A stretch of DNA of 64,000 nucleotides from the human T2T-CHM13v2.0 reference genome, Homo sapiens. The position numbers were made by a program, and so were the translations under genes. The stretch lies in NCBI RefSeq assembly GCF_009914755.1, contig NC_060928.1; one strand, given 5' to 3'. The notes under the pieces were generated by a model, which saw only the letters and a program-made list of their open reading frames with translations, searched no databases and was not told where the DNA came from. This document shows positions 14,750-30,107 of this stretch, in pieces (positions within the stretch are counted from its first letter, which is position 1; every line of letters starts with the position of its first letter).

Positions 14750-15120
14750 GGGCACCTAGTGCCTGCCAGGCGTTATTCTAGGTGATGGGAATATAGAGAT
14801 GAAGGAAATGACATCTCTGTCACCCTCTTCAGCTGACAGTTTGGGATGATAGATGTATGAGCAACTAACAGCATGAGATAGGTGATGGTAAGCTGTAGAA
14901 ATGGGAAGGAATTTAAACTGGGACTTTAATGATGGGTAGGACTTACCCAGGTTGGCAGGCAGAATTGGTATCCCAGGCAAAGGGACCAGTGTGAAGAAGT
15001 ACAGAAAGGTGAAGAGGAGAAGACATGATTGTTATTTTGGAGACACATCCCATATAGTGTGAAAAGGTCAAAGGGATTAAAAGTAATGAGGTTGGACAAA
15101 TCAGCAGTGGAGGCTACTTG
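14750..15120. mobile_element. L2 fragment
   Basis: Degenerate L2 3'-region text (gccaggcgttattctaggtgatgggaatatagagatgaa...). Confidence 0.55.
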
Positions 15121-15557
15121 AACTCCCTCTGTGCTCTCACACACCTTTGTGCATGAATTCTTTTCCCAATTTTATCTTCCCTCAAAAACCACCTTCTCTT
15201 TCAAAATACACTTTGATTATTGTTACTTATGCCTGGGTCTTATTACCCAAGATGGTAAATTCCTTAAGGTCAAGGATGGTGTCTTTAATCATTTATAATT
15301 CCCAAAAAATACACAGAAGAATGCTTTGCATAAGTACTTTGCCCATTTGAATAGGATAAGTTGTGAACTACCTCATGATTTAACTTCCCTCTCACCACCG
15401 TCATGCTCGTTTGGAGGCCCAGGAACACACAGATCAGGTGACAATGCATTCAGCTGCAGGGGTAATCATTCACATTCACACGCATGGGACTATGCTAGGC
15501 AATATCAAACAGCACTGGCCTAAGAACTTGGCTTTTCAACATCCATACCTTTGACTA

Positions 15558-16028
<471 letters not shown>

Positions 16029-16520
16029 TCATTCAAAGCCAATCACATACACATGTGAGATGGCAATGGTGATTCTGCTTTTCAGCCGGTGACATACATA
16101 CTAAGCTTTTTGTAGCATTAATTTTATGCTTAAAGATACATCATTTCATAAAACATGTATTGGTGTTTATACAACAACCCTAAATACATGTATTAATTTT
16201 ATAGATTCATGACATTCGTCATTTTCTGGGCAATACCTTTATATTTTTTGGGGTAATTTCAACTCAGATTTTCATCTTTGCCCATTCATTATCCAGCCTT
16301 CTAGTTGGATGTGACTGCTGTTTGAGCACCTTCTATGTTAGGTCATCCTTATAAAAGACGATGAGATGCTTACTCTGATCTAGAGGAGGCCACAGTTTAG
16401 AAGGAGACAGACATGTAAAAGATGGAGTGCCTTCAGCATAAATCAAGGCACAGAAGTCAGGATGGTGGGGGGAGAAGGCTGGCATGTGGAAGGAAGTTAA
16501 GGAAGGTTCCTAGAGATGAC

Positions 16521-16907
<387 letters not shown>

Positions 16908-17066
16908 TTATAGGAAGGGAAAGCAGGTACAAAGGCATGAAAGTGAGAAACTGAGTAGTTTGAGGAACTGTAAATGATTCCATTATTTTGGAGCATCAAA
17001 TGAAATGAGATACAAGCAGAGAGGAGGTTGTTTCCTTGATAAGGAGCTGGGACTTTGTTCTCTGAA

Positions 17067-17250
17067 CCTGTGTTCCTCAAAGTGTGGTCCATAAACCACA
17101 TGCACGAGAATGCCTTGAGGTGCCTGGTATAATTTAAAATCTCTGAATTCCAAACTGCTCTTACAGAATTAGAATCTCTTGAGATGGACCAAGGATCTGC
17201 ATTCTGCAAGCTCCAGTGCTACTTATGCACACTAAGGTTTGGAAACCATA
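17067..17250. mobile_element. MER5-type hAT transposon
   Basis: ...ttcctcaaagtgtggtcc...gaattagaatctct...atgcacactaaggtttggaaaccatag. Confidence 0.75.
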
Positions 17251-17873
17251 GTTATTATACAGGTGGTGAGAAGGCTTTGAATGGTGTAATGTAGTGTAGT
17301 GACTTACTAAGATATTTACTTTCCAGAGAACCTGGAGGCATTATAGGAGATCTATTGGAAATGTTTCCCAAGGGAGCAGGGAGATGATTAAGAAGCTTTT
17401 GCAGTAGTCCACATGAGCTATTATAAGGGCCAGGATTTAGAGTGATGTGATGGAGTAGACAGAAAACAGCATGTTTATAAAATGTTTTGGAAGGAGAGAG
17501 AGAAATTTGGTGAACAATTTAAACTCCCAGCTGTTAGACTTGAGTGCTGTAGGGAAGTGATGCAGTAGAGTAGATAGTTAAGGCTGTGAACTCTGAAGCT
17601 AGACTGCCCCAACACTGCTACTTTTCTATCTGTGCAATTTTTGGTAAGTTGCTTAGCCTCTCAGTGCCTCGGTTTCCTTTATAAAGTTACAAAGTTTCCT
17701 TTGTTTTGAGAATTAAATTAATTAACACCAAAAAAAGCTTGGAACAATGCCTGGAATTAAATAGTGTCCAGTACATTTTAGAGAGGCAAAGTAGGTAGTA
17801 CTAGTTAGCATATTCATAGTTGTAGTCTAGAACTAATAGTTAACATAAATAGAAATATGGTAGATAAAGAGCT

Positions 17874-18271
17874 TGTCTCGGTCCCTTTTCTGTTGCTATA
17901 ACAGAATACCTGAGACTGGGTAATTTATAAAGGAAATAATTGTATTTGGCTCATGGTTCTGGAGGCTGTGAAGTCCAGAGGCATGGTGGCAGCTTCTGGC
18001 TAGGGCTTCTGTACTGCATCATAATATGGTGGAAAAGCTGAAGGATAAGTGAGCAAATGCAAAAGAGACCACAAGAACAAGCTCAGCTCCCTTTTAAAAC
18101 AACTCATTCTTGTGAGAACTCACCCCTCCAAAATGGTATTGATCTATTCATGAGGGCTCTGCCCTCACAACACAATAACCCCTTAAAAGCCTCACCTCTC
18201 AACACTACCACTTTGGGAATTAAGGTTCTAATAACAGTAACTTTCTGGGGGGACCCATTCAAACTATAGCA
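17874..18271 (-). mobile_element. MaLR solo LTR (MST-type)
   Basis: TG...CA ends; ttgctataacagaatacctgagactgggtaatttataaag...cattcaaactatagca. Confidence 0.82.
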
Positions 18272-18289
18272 GAGATCAAAAGTTTAATT

Positions 18290-18564
<275 letters not shown>

Positions 18565-19869
18565 TTAATTGCTCAGTTTGAATCCCAGCCTGCTATTATT
18601 AGCCATATGACTTAGGGGAAATTATTTAACCTCTCTGTGCCTTAGTTTCTTTATCTGTAAAATGGGAATGATATTAATGTATACCACATATGGTGAGGAT
18701 TAAAATAATGCATGTAAAGGCTTACAACAGTGCAGGCACATGGTAAGGACTCAATAAATATTGACTGCTATTGTCATTATCATTATTAACCAAGAAAAGG
18801 AAGCCAAGATGAAGAGCAGATATGTGTCAGTTTTGATCTTCCAGGTTGAAGTGTATAGTAGGCAGTTTGCAGTATAGGTTTGGAGCTCAGCAAAGAAGTC
18901 AGGGCTAGAGACATCAATTTGGAAGCAAAAAGTATAGAGAAGTTACTTTAAATCATGAGCTTCAGTGAAATGTCAAAGATAGGCGTTGTAGTTCAAGAAG
19001 GAATAGATGGGGAATGGAAGCAGGAGAAACGAACAGGCATTCTCTGAGCCAGGCAAGAATTGCTACTTACAATTCTTAGTAGATATAATATACTTTCCAT
19101 TCCCAATAACCCTACAGCATCATATTTGTTATGCTGGAGCCAGGCCATACTGGCTTATTCAGTGACTTCATATTGGTAGCTTGCAATTGGCCTGGATGAA
19201 AGCATTTACACTGCAGAAATGGGAAATGCTACATATCAGAGCTCCCCTGGCCTCCCAGGCTCCCAGTCCTTGCCCTGCCAAGAGCCATATTACTAGGGCA
19301 ACATATAATTATCCTTACTGTTGAAGAAATGGAAGCTTAGAGAAGTGAAGCCCCTGCCTTTTAAATTGCACAATGATTCCTCTTCATTGAAAATGCCCTT
19401 TAACTATTTGGTTTTCCAAAGTTGATATATTTGATTCTTCTAATACTTGAAAACTTAAGTGTATGCCCACTGTGAGTGAGTTATTACATTACTCTAATAT
19501 TGTATTAGAAAACAATCCTGAATGAGTTTAGAGAAATAGCTTAGAGCATCTGTTGATGATGATTTAAAACACAGGGATTATATTTCCTTGACTGTTAAAG
19601 AGTTTGCTGACTAGAAACCATGAGCTGGTTTTATTAGCTATTATACTAAAAAGAGTCATTGAACAAAGGGTAAGTCAGATGATGTGGGAGGGAATGAAAG
19701 AATTACAGGTGAATAGTCTCAAATTATTTAATTCATTATACACCATACCTTAATGAGTAGATGAAAAGTTGAATGAAACACTCATTTTACTCTAGAACAG
19801 TGTAATTTAAAATGGATGTGTAAAATCGCTTAGCATGAATTCAGAGACTTTACAGGAAAAAAATATATA

Positions 19870-21237
19870 TTTTTTTACTTGTTTCTAAAGTACAAATTCA
19901 GTTTATTAATCCGTTTATGACACAGTACACAGGAGGCAAAGTGTTTCACATCATAGACTTCACTTCCAATTCCTTGGAATGTTCATTTCTTTGGCTTACA
20001 GGAGAGACTAGACAGGAAAGCCAGGCAATGCTTAGGCAACTAAAATGAGGTTGGGGGCAATGCTAACGTCATCCTCACAGGAACAGCCACAGGGACTGCT
20101 AGTCACAAGCGGGTTTTCTAGACCTGTTAGCTGGAAGCATGGGGAGCACCATTTCTGGACGCTCGTGCTGTGTCGGACTTCAGCCATCTCCACCACACAG
20201 GTACAGCACCCTTAGTGTCTTGCTGGATGTAATAGTACAGGGACTTGCTATACTTTCTCTTGAATTCAGACCTAATTTTCAACATGTCCACTTCATTGTG
20301 GGAGACCATGATTCTGATCAGGACCTTATCTTGAGTCCCCATGCCCATTATGGAGTCGTACAGCCGGTCAGCGAAATACAGGGGCTTGTTCTGAATACAC
20401 TGGACCAGGTTCAGGAAAGAATTTTCCAGGTCTCCTTTAACCTCTTTCTTGATGCTCTCCAACATGTCATAAGGACTGTAGCTCTTGTACCTATCAAATA
20501 CTTTCTGGAAGTGGGACATGCTCCGCTCGGTCATGACGCTGATCCACTTGGGAACTTCAGTTCCTTTCCTCTTCACCCCAGCGTCATAGAGATCCCGGGC
20601 ATCTTGGTCAATCAGTTCATAATCAATGACAGAGCCATCCTCTGCTCTTCTACCCTTTGCCAGGGCAACCATCAGCTTGCAGAAGTCACCAGATGTGTCC
20701 GAAATAATGTCCTTCTCCAGATCAGTCTTGTACATTTCCTTGTAGACTCTGTTAATTTCCTGCAGCTCTTGGTTGGTTCTTGAGTAGATGATCTCAATGA
20801 GGGAGTCCTTGTTGGTTCCCAGCCCCTTCATGGAAGATTTTAGCTCAGAAGCATCATACTGAGCAGGTGTCTTTAATAGGCCCAAAGCCACTATCTAGGT
20901 GGCCAGATAAGGCTGACTTAAGTGCTGATACAAGTTCCTTTTTGGTCCTTCTCTGGTAGGTGAAGGCAATATCCTGTCTCTGTGCATTGCTGTGGTTAGT
21001 CAAAATGTTGACAGTGGTGATCTCATCCACACCTTTGGTCTTGATGGCCATTTCAATGTTCAAAGCATCCTGCTCAGCATCAAATTTGGTGTAGGCTTTG
21101 ACTGACCCAAATGCACTTGGGAGTGTAGAGTGTTCACCCTCCAAGCTGAGCTTGCACAGGATTTCATGAACAGCAGATATTTTGAAGGAAGCTGGGCTGG
21201 GCACCAAGACCTGAGAGCGTCCCCAGATGCTGAGCTG
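19870..21237 (-). pseudogene. ANXA2P1: Processed annexin A2 pseudogene (full-length mRNA copy)
   Basis: Intronless ANXA2-like peptide in two minus ORFs (…[12 protein letters not shown]…; [16 protein letters not shown]…QQDTKG). Start codon ATG->ATA at 21180-21178. Frameshift near 20890; deletion/frameshift near 20208 (DYQKAL missing). 5'UTR and 3'UTR present, AATAAA at 19907-19902, short poly(A), imperfect aaaatatat..tttt flanks. P1 assignment is from its recalled location in TRIM2. Confidence 0.93.
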
Positions 21238-22051
21238 AAAATATATTATTTTATGCCCCTCTCCCCTGCCCCACCTCTGCAAACTACCACCTTTCCTCCC
21301 TAAAATATATGAGGAGGGAGGTCGTGCTAAGTTGGCATCTTAGGTCATTATAGGACCTTCACCCCATCCTTGAGAATCTCATCCTTGGGAACTCTTCTTG
21401 CATTTCAAGTGGAAAAAGATGCAACTAATATTGACTAAGTGCTAGGCACTATGCTGTGTTATAGGGTGCAATGGTGTACAGGACAGATGTTGCTCCTGCC
21501 CTCAAGCAACTTACAGTGTAGTGAAGGATACAGACAGTTAAATAAAGTATCATGTGTTAAAGGATGGGGTTTTCTAAAGGATTTTAAAGAGAAAACATGA
21601 TTCATGTGAGCCCAAAATGTAATTATCTTCACCACCAAAACCCAGAAGAAGCCATGTGTGTATTGGGGAAAAAAGTGTTATGTAAAGGATCAGGAGAACC
21701 AGGTTTTATTCTTCCCCCTGTCTCTGATGATCTCGGTAATGTGTCTAGCTTCAACTTTCTCATCTATAAAATGGGGATGATAATGTTTGTCCTGCTATCT
21801 CATGGGATGGTATGTGAGAAAATGTACATGAAAGTGCTATAAATATAATTGAACATTTTGTTTTCCAGTGATACAATGGGGGTTGTAATTTACTCACTCA
21901 TTAATAACTTATTCATGCACTTTTTCATCCAGCAAACATTTGTTAAGCACCTACTTGATTGAAGATCCTGTGTTAGATCTTACACTTGGCTCAGTTTCAT
22001 CTTGTTGCATGATTCCATTCAAAACATCTAGATTTATTTAGCATTAACTTC

Positions 22052-22361
<310 letters not shown>

Positions 22362-23198
22362 TAAGTTGGAGTGGGTGGTGAGAGGAAATCTGCATTTATT
22401 GATCCCCTATTTCAGTCTAAGGGTTCACCTTATGTAATCTTCCTGGAGGGGTAGGTGGAAGTGACCAGGAAGAATATGGGTGAGAAGCTGTTGAATTAAA
22501 AATTCATTTTGTGCTTCATAGGCTAGACTTGCATCTGGAAAAACAAAATGATTTAATTATGGAATTATAGAATAATTGTTAAATTGATTATAATTACTTT
22601 AAAAATTCTTGTTATTCATTCTACTAGCTAATATGTAACCATCAAATGAAATCTTTTACATTAAAGTAGATAGAAAAATATTTTATAAGTATTATATGTG
22701 TTTTGTGTTATTTATATTTGTTATGAAAGAACTAGTTTTTATTATATATTTAGAATTCTTTAGAGAGAGAGAAGAGACTTTCTACAAATGAAACAGAATT
22801 TACTGAAAAGCTTGAAGAGTAAGGCATGATCCCAAATTATTTCTAACTTCTGGAATTGCCTTAAGACACTTTACAAACACTTGAACATTGCAGCATAATG
22901 ACAATCTACTGTAGTGCTGCATCACCATCAAGATATTTCTAGTTTAACTGTTGGTGAAAATAGTTGGCATCAATTGTCTTCCCAAGTATATGCTAGTGGT
23001 GTCCTTTTAATCTTCAGGAGTAACACACTGATTCTGCTGTGCTTTCAGGTAGAGTTTAAAAAATAATAATAATCAATAATCTCCAATACGACAAAAGAGG
23101 ACCGTAAGAATCAGGAGATGTTACCAGGAATCCCAACCAGCCATTCAGAAACCAAGCCATAGAGCTTAAAGAAAAGATTTTTTAAAAACAAATATTGC

Positions 23199-23338
23199 AA
23201 AATAAAAATGGTAGTGCCTGTTTCGTTTAGCTTCTTTCAAAAATATATAAGCAATGTTAGACAAACAGACATTCCTCTGACCTTGTGATTTAATTTACAT
23301 GTGGGCAACAGACTTGAGCTCTCCTTAAATTCAAACCA
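23199..23338. repeat. 140-bp direct repeat, copy 1 (copy 2 at 25397-25536)
   Basis: Ungapped manual alignment, 17 mismatches in 140. Confidence 0.9.
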
Positions 23339-24142
23339 AGAATAAGAGCTGGGCCAACACATTGCCCTTGAGTTCAGCAGAGGTCATGGAACCTCTTTCC
23401 AGCAGTGTGGTCTTTTGCAACACAGTCCATTGCTCTTGTGACCTAGTATTAGCAGGTATGGAACATCTCACATTCATGTCAAGCTAAGCATAGAGTCTTC
23501 CTTCTCCTTGCTCTGAATGGTCTATTACTATGGAATCCAACTAAATATCTTCCCAAGTTTTAAAATTATACCCCAAAATACAACTATTGCCCATTTCTAC
23601 TCTCACTGAAAAAACGTGTGCTTATTTCTGTAAAGAACAAAAAGTGTTAGTACTTTTTCCTCATATTTTCCCTCCTCCAACATCATGTCCATATTTTCAA
23701 AAGGAAAACAGACTCTTTTTGACTAAGACACCTCCTTGACTAGTACTAAAGCACTATTTTCTCTGTTTTTTTTTCTTTTCCTTTTATCAGCTGCTACTGT
23801 CTGCATGGTCTTCTGAATAGAATAGGCATCATTCTAGCAGGATAGACAAAAGGCTAGAGGAAGGAGAGCAGCAGGCAGTTTTTGTCCCTACCTGGACCAC
23901 AAAGACAGTAAATCAGTGTTCATCTATTCTGTTCAGGTGCTTTTTAGCCCCTTCTCTCCTGTTTTTCAGTATTTCTTTCCCTTCCTTGTATGCCCTCTAA
24001 GCCTGGGTGCACTTTCAATTTTATATAAGCAAGAATCTAGAATAGCCTGGGTTTTATATAGTCACTTCTTTGGTTTATGGTCCAGCCTCAGTTAATTGGT
24101 CTCATTTCCTCATCTTGTTTAATTCCATGCTTGTGTTTATCA

Positions 24143-24277
24143 ATTTTTTTTTTTTTTTGTAGAGATGGGTTCTTACTGTGTTGCCCAGGCTGTCTCGAAC
24201 TCTTGGCCTCAAGCAATCCTCCTGCCTCAGCCTCCCAAAGTGCTGTGATTACAGGCACGAGCTATGATGCCTGGCCT
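24143..24277 (-). mobile_element. Alu monomer (FLAM-like)
   Basis: Single antisense left-arm-type monomer with poly(T). Confidence 0.88.
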
Positions 24278-24312
24278 ATAAAATGTTTTTGATAAATGAA
24301 GTGTTTATTCTT

Positions 24313-24351
<39 letters not shown>

Positions 24352-25218
24352 TTATTATTATACTTTAAGTTTTAGGGTACATGTGCACAATGTGCATGTT
24401 AGTTACATATGTATACATGTGCATGCTGGTGCGCTGCACCCACTAACTCGTCATCTAGCATTAGGTATATCTCCCAATGCTATCCCTACCCCCTCCCCCC
24501 ACCCCACAACAGTCCCCAGAGTGTGATGTTCCCCTTCCTGTGTCCATGTGTTCTCATTGTTCAATTCCCACCTGTGAGTGAGAATATGTGGTGTTTGGTT
24601 TTTTGTTCTTGCGATAGTTTACTGAGAATGATGATTTCCAATTTTATCCATGTCCCTACAAAGGACATGAACTCATCATTTTTTATGGCTGCATAGTATT
24701 CCGTGGTGTATATGTGCCACATTTTCTTAATCCAGTCTATCATTGTTGGACATTTGGGTTGGTTCCAATTCTTTGCTATTGTGAATAATGCCGCAACAAA
24801 CAACCCCATCAAAAAGTGGGCGAAGGACATGAACAGACACTTCTCAAAAGAAGACATTTATGCAGCCAAAAAACACATGAAAAAATGCTCACCATCACTG
24901 GCCATCAGAGAAATGCAAATCAAAACCACAATGAGATACCATCTCACACCAGTTAGAATGGCGATCATTAAAAAGTCAGGAAACAACAGGTGCTGGAGAG
25001 GATGTGGAGAAATAGGAATACTTTTACACTGTTGGTGGGACTGTAAACTAGTTCAACCCTTGTGGAAGTCAGTGTGGTGATTCCTCAGGGATCTAGAACT
25101 AGAAATACCATTCGACCCAGCCATCCCATTACTGGGTATATATCCAAAGGACTATAAATCGTGCTGCTATAAAGACACATGCACACGTATGTTTATTGCG
25201 GCACTATTCACAACAGCA
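24313..25218 (-). mobile_element. 5'-truncated, 5'-inverted L1 (L1PA2/PA3-type)
   Basis: (TTTA)n tail and antisense 3' end up to ~24801, then sense ORF2 segment 24795-25221. TSD AAGT(G/T)TTTATTCTT at 24299-24312 and 25219-25232. 3'UTR reads GATGACGAGTTAG (GAG, not the Ta ACA). Confidence 0.93.
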
Positions 25219-25396
25219 AAGTTTTTATTCTTAAGAGACCCTGGCTTGTCCATACCACCTTTGAAAAATTATTTCTAAGCTGAGCATTTTAGAATTGTTT
25301 CTGTTTCTAGCCCATCTGTTTTGCTGTACCTGTTACCTAGCTATTATTCAGACATGGGGGAAAGACCAAAAATAATATTTGTTTTAAAACAAATAT

Positions 25397-25536
25397 AAAA
25401 TAAAAATGGCAGTGCCCGTTTCATCTAGATTCTTTCAGAAATATACAAGCAACGTTAGACAAACAGATGTTCCTCCAACCTTGTGATTTAACTTACATGT
25501 GGGAAACAGACTCAAGCTCTCCTTAACTTCAAACCA
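25397..25536. repeat. 140-bp direct repeat, copy 2
   Basis: See copy 1. Confidence 0.9.
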
Positions 25537-26056
25537 TGTTGGCACATATCCCCCTTCGAGGGCCAACCACTCCTTTCCTGCTCCCCACTACCAGAAACAA
25601 CTCGCCATTTCACGAGTGTTCACTGCTTCCATATTCATGCATATTATGGGGATTCTATGTGGGTCGTGTATTGAAGATCCTTTCTTCTGATACATTTGAA
25701 TTAAAATATGACAGTATCTGGATCTCAAATTTTTCTTTCACGCTAGTGCGAGTAGATGAGATGCAGAGTTAGTGAGTAAACTTGATAGGGTCCATGATTC
25801 AATGAACTGACCACCACCTGGGTCTGGTGAGAACCAGCTCATCTATGATGATTCTGCCCAGCAATTTTGTTGTTGATTTTATTCTAAGTTTAATCCATCA
25901 CCAATTTCAATTCCTAAACCCAAAAATCTGTTTCAGACAAGTCTATTCCCAAACAGTGCTTAAGCAGGTGTTTTACATTAGCCACCACCAGTGCATCCTT
26001 GTCTACCCTTTCCTAAGGCACTGCATTGATGTCGAAAAACAAAATAGCAATGGCTC

Positions 26057-26364
26057 TTTTTTTTTTTTTTTTTTTTTGAGACAGAGTCTTGCTCTGTCAT
26101 CTAGGCTAGAGTGCAGTGGTGTGATCTCAGTTCACTGCAACCTCCACCTCCCATGTTTGTTTAAGCGATTCTCCTGCCTCAGCCTACCGAGTAGCTGGGA
26201 TTACAGGCACACACTGCCATGCCCAGTTAGTTTTTGTATTTTTAGTAGAGATGGGGTTTCACCATGTTGGCCAGGCTGGTCTCGAACTCCTGACCTCAGG
26301 TAATTCGTCCATCTCGGCCTCACAAAGTGCTGGGATTACAGGCATGAGCCACTGTTCCCGGCCC
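26057..26364 (-). mobile_element. Alu (AluSx-type)
   Basis: Antisense dimer; aat(g/t)gctctttt on both flanks. Confidence 0.94.
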
Positions 26365-26610
26365 AAATTGCTCTTTTGAATATAAATGAAATTATAAACC
26401 TGAAGAATGGTTCTCTCTCTCTATGAAAAATTTATCTTCCTTCCTGGTCATTTTTGAGCAAAATTCATTGTTTCCATTCATTAATATTTACATCATCCTA
26501 TTGAAATAAATCATAAAAACTTCTTTTAAAACAAAACCAGATGTCCGTTAACCTGTAGATGATTTGCTGTTTTTCTCTCTGCCTCATCTATTCTTTTAAA
26601 AGAGAGTCTA

Positions 26611-27032
<422 letters not shown>

Positions 27033-27910
27033 GAATCTAGTATGGGTGGAAATATTTTCTTGGATTAATGAATTTCCTTTTGCCTTTCTTATCTAATCTA
27101 CAAAGCACCCTGCGAGAATATCTTTTTATAATTTCAGGAAGAATATCCAGCCTCTGAGATATTGAATCTTTGAAAATAATCTATAAGTAAATCCATAATA
27201 TGAAAATCGCCTACTATTTTTATAACTATCTGTGGCCTTCGGTTTGTCAAATGTACTGAAAGCCAAGCGTCCACATTTCTTCCAAGAGCTGCTGAGTGAG
27301 AGGGTAGAATTTTGGCAAAACTGTAAAATAAGGCCCTTTCCTGTTGCATATCCTTAGGGCAAGGCCCCTTTGCCAGGTTTCCCTCTCCCACTAAAACCAA
27401 GAATGGCAGGACCCAAACTGAGTCTGAACCATCCCAAATGCCCCACACACCCCAAATGCAAACCAGGTCCACAAAGATAGAAGACAGAGGCAGAGTGACC
27501 AGGGCTGAGAATGTTTATTGCCATGCCCAAGGCAGCACAGACCTGACAGATAGCAGTGCCATAGGGTAAAGTGGGAAAGCCATGTCAGATAAAGGCAGGC
27601 CGTATTAGTTTTTATTATGATGTCTTTGTGGGATCTAAGAATATTTTAAACATGTTAATATGCAGCTACAAATTAATAAGAGAAGATTGACATTTACTTA
27701 AAAAAGTGATTTTGCAGAGACTGTTGTCAGGAAGAGAGGTTTAATAGCATATGGATTAGGTTATTGGGGAGGGAGGGTGCCCTTTTTTTAAAGTATATTT
27801 AAAAACAATGCATTCTCAGGTACCTGTGGAAATCTGAATTATTCTCTTGCTGAAACAGAGAAATCTAACCCTTTAGTGCTTAATTTTTATGATTTTATCA
27901 TTTATTTTAG

Positions 27911-28014
27911 GTACCAAAGGAAGAAATAAAGGAGAGTTTACAAATCTTCAGGGGGTAGCTGCATCTACAAATGGAAAGATATTAATTGCAGACAGTAACA
28001 ACCAATGTGTGCAG
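27911..28014 (+). CDS. TRIM2: TRIM2 coding exon: NHL repeat 1 ([35 protein letters not shown])
   Basis: tttattttag|GT ACC ... GTG CAG|gtatag, 104 nt, phase 1->0. Confidence 0.96.
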
Positions 28015-28257
28015 GTATAGCCCCTAATTATATACCTTTAACTACTTATATTGATAAAAATATATATAGTTACATATATTCCTACTTTAGACTTCAGATA
28101 CATGGTGTAAGGAAAAAAGCTTATGTTTATGTAGACTTTTCTTCAAATAGAGTTTGCGTGTTCTGATCTCTGTATGTATGGCAGATGTTTCTGCCTATGC
28201 CTTCCTCAGCAATGCCTGTACTAGTTCACATTCCAATGAATGTAATTTATCTTACAG

Positions 28258-28425
28258 ATATTTTCCAATGATGGCCAGTTCAAAAGTCGTTTTGGCATAC
28301 GGGGACGCTCTCCGGGGCAGCTGCAGCGGCCCACAGGAGTGGCTGTACATCCCAGTGGGGACATAATCATTGCCGATTATGATAATAAATGGGTCAGCAT
28401 TTTCTCCTCCGATGGGAAATTTAAG
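28258..28425 (+). CDS. TRIM2: TRIM2 coding exon: NHL repeat ([56 protein letters not shown])
   Basis: cttacag|ATA ... TTT AAG|gtaaga, 168 nt, phase 0->0. Confidence 0.96.
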
Positions 28426-29255
28426 GTAAGATTAACTACTAATTGTTCACTAAACAATGGAGAGAAGGAACAGGAAATACAAAATGAAATTGCATATTTC
28501 TTTTTTGAGATGCAGTGCAACATTCAACAATTCTTCATACACAAAGATATCTGACATCTAAGTTTGTGAAGTGAGAGTAACAGTGATAATTTCATAAATC
28601 TATTCATATATATCCTAAATGTGGCTTTGTTTTTTAAAGCAATTAGGTTGCTCAGTCACTTTTTTTCTTTAAAACCATAGATTTACAGGGAAACTGGTCC
28701 TGTTACCTCAATTCAATGAAAAACAACAAGGTTTTCAAAAGAGTTATTAAGAGGCAGTTTATATTTCTCAAATTAGTCTACATGTTGTCACTTAGGAAGT
28801 ACTTTTTACTTTCTCAGGCCTGTGACAGATGATATGGGAGAAACAGAATTGTAAAAAATAGTTTCCACCTTTTAAAAATGTACAGGCCCATTTTGGAAAA
28901 AAGACTCATACACAAGAAATGACAGAAAACAATTTATGTCAGTCTCTAATGAGTCGTACATTGATACAATCTGAAAACATACGTACATAATATGGGACTT
29001 GGAAAAAAAAAGAAAAGGCTGAATTTCCAGAGAAAATGGAAGTGGAGCTACACTTTGAGGGATCCCATTGTTTGATATATTTGCTATCATTCCCAGCGTC
29101 AGCTTTTTGCAAATAAAAATTTAACTCAATGTCTTCACCTAATTGCCAAAGAGTAGAGAGCCCTCTGGTGATAACAGAAATCTCTCTTATGAAGTGTCAT
29201 CAAAGAATTGTATCAGCCCGCCCATTTTCTACATTTGCTCATAAAAAAATTGTGA

Positions 29256-29608
<353 letters not shown>

Positions 29609-29796
29609 GCATTATGCCTTATATATTTCCCTGTCCAGCCTACTAGAGGCTTCTATTTCTGTTGATAACATGAGTTTTAACTCAGATCAACACATTGCCA
29701 TCCCAGCTTATTACTGTTTGGCCATCTGCAAATCGTAACTTCCTTGAGCTTCAATAGCCTTGTTTTTAAAATTTTGATTTAAAAAAGATCTATCTT

Positions 29797-30098
29797 GGCC
29801 AGGCGCAGTGGCTCAGCCTGTAATCCCAGCACTTTGGGAGGCCGAGGCGGGCGGATCACAAGGTCAGGAGATCGAGACCATCCTGGCTAACACGGTGAAA
29901 CCCCGTCTCTACTAAAAATACAAAAAAATTAGCCGGCCGTGGTGGCGTGCACCTGTAGTCCCAGCTGCTGGGGAGGCTGAGACAGCAGAATGGTGTGAAC
30001 CCCGGGAGGCGGAGCTTGCAGTGAGCCAAGATCGTGCCACTGCACTCCAGCCTGGGCGACAGAGCAAGACTCTGTCTCAAAAAGAAAAAAAAAAAAAA
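29797..30098 (+). mobile_element. AluY
   Basis: gagatcgagaccatcctggctaacacggtg, ggagcttgcagtg; TSD AAAAAAGATCTATCTT. Confidence 0.95.
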
Positions 30099-30107
30099 GA
30101 TCTATCT

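Noticed and set aside
20139-20783. 214-aa plus-strand ORF
   Set aside because: Antisense shadow of the ANXA2 pseudogene reading frame.
24561-25080. L1 ORF2-like ORFs on both strands
   Set aside because: Explained by the inverted, truncated L1; not a functional gene.
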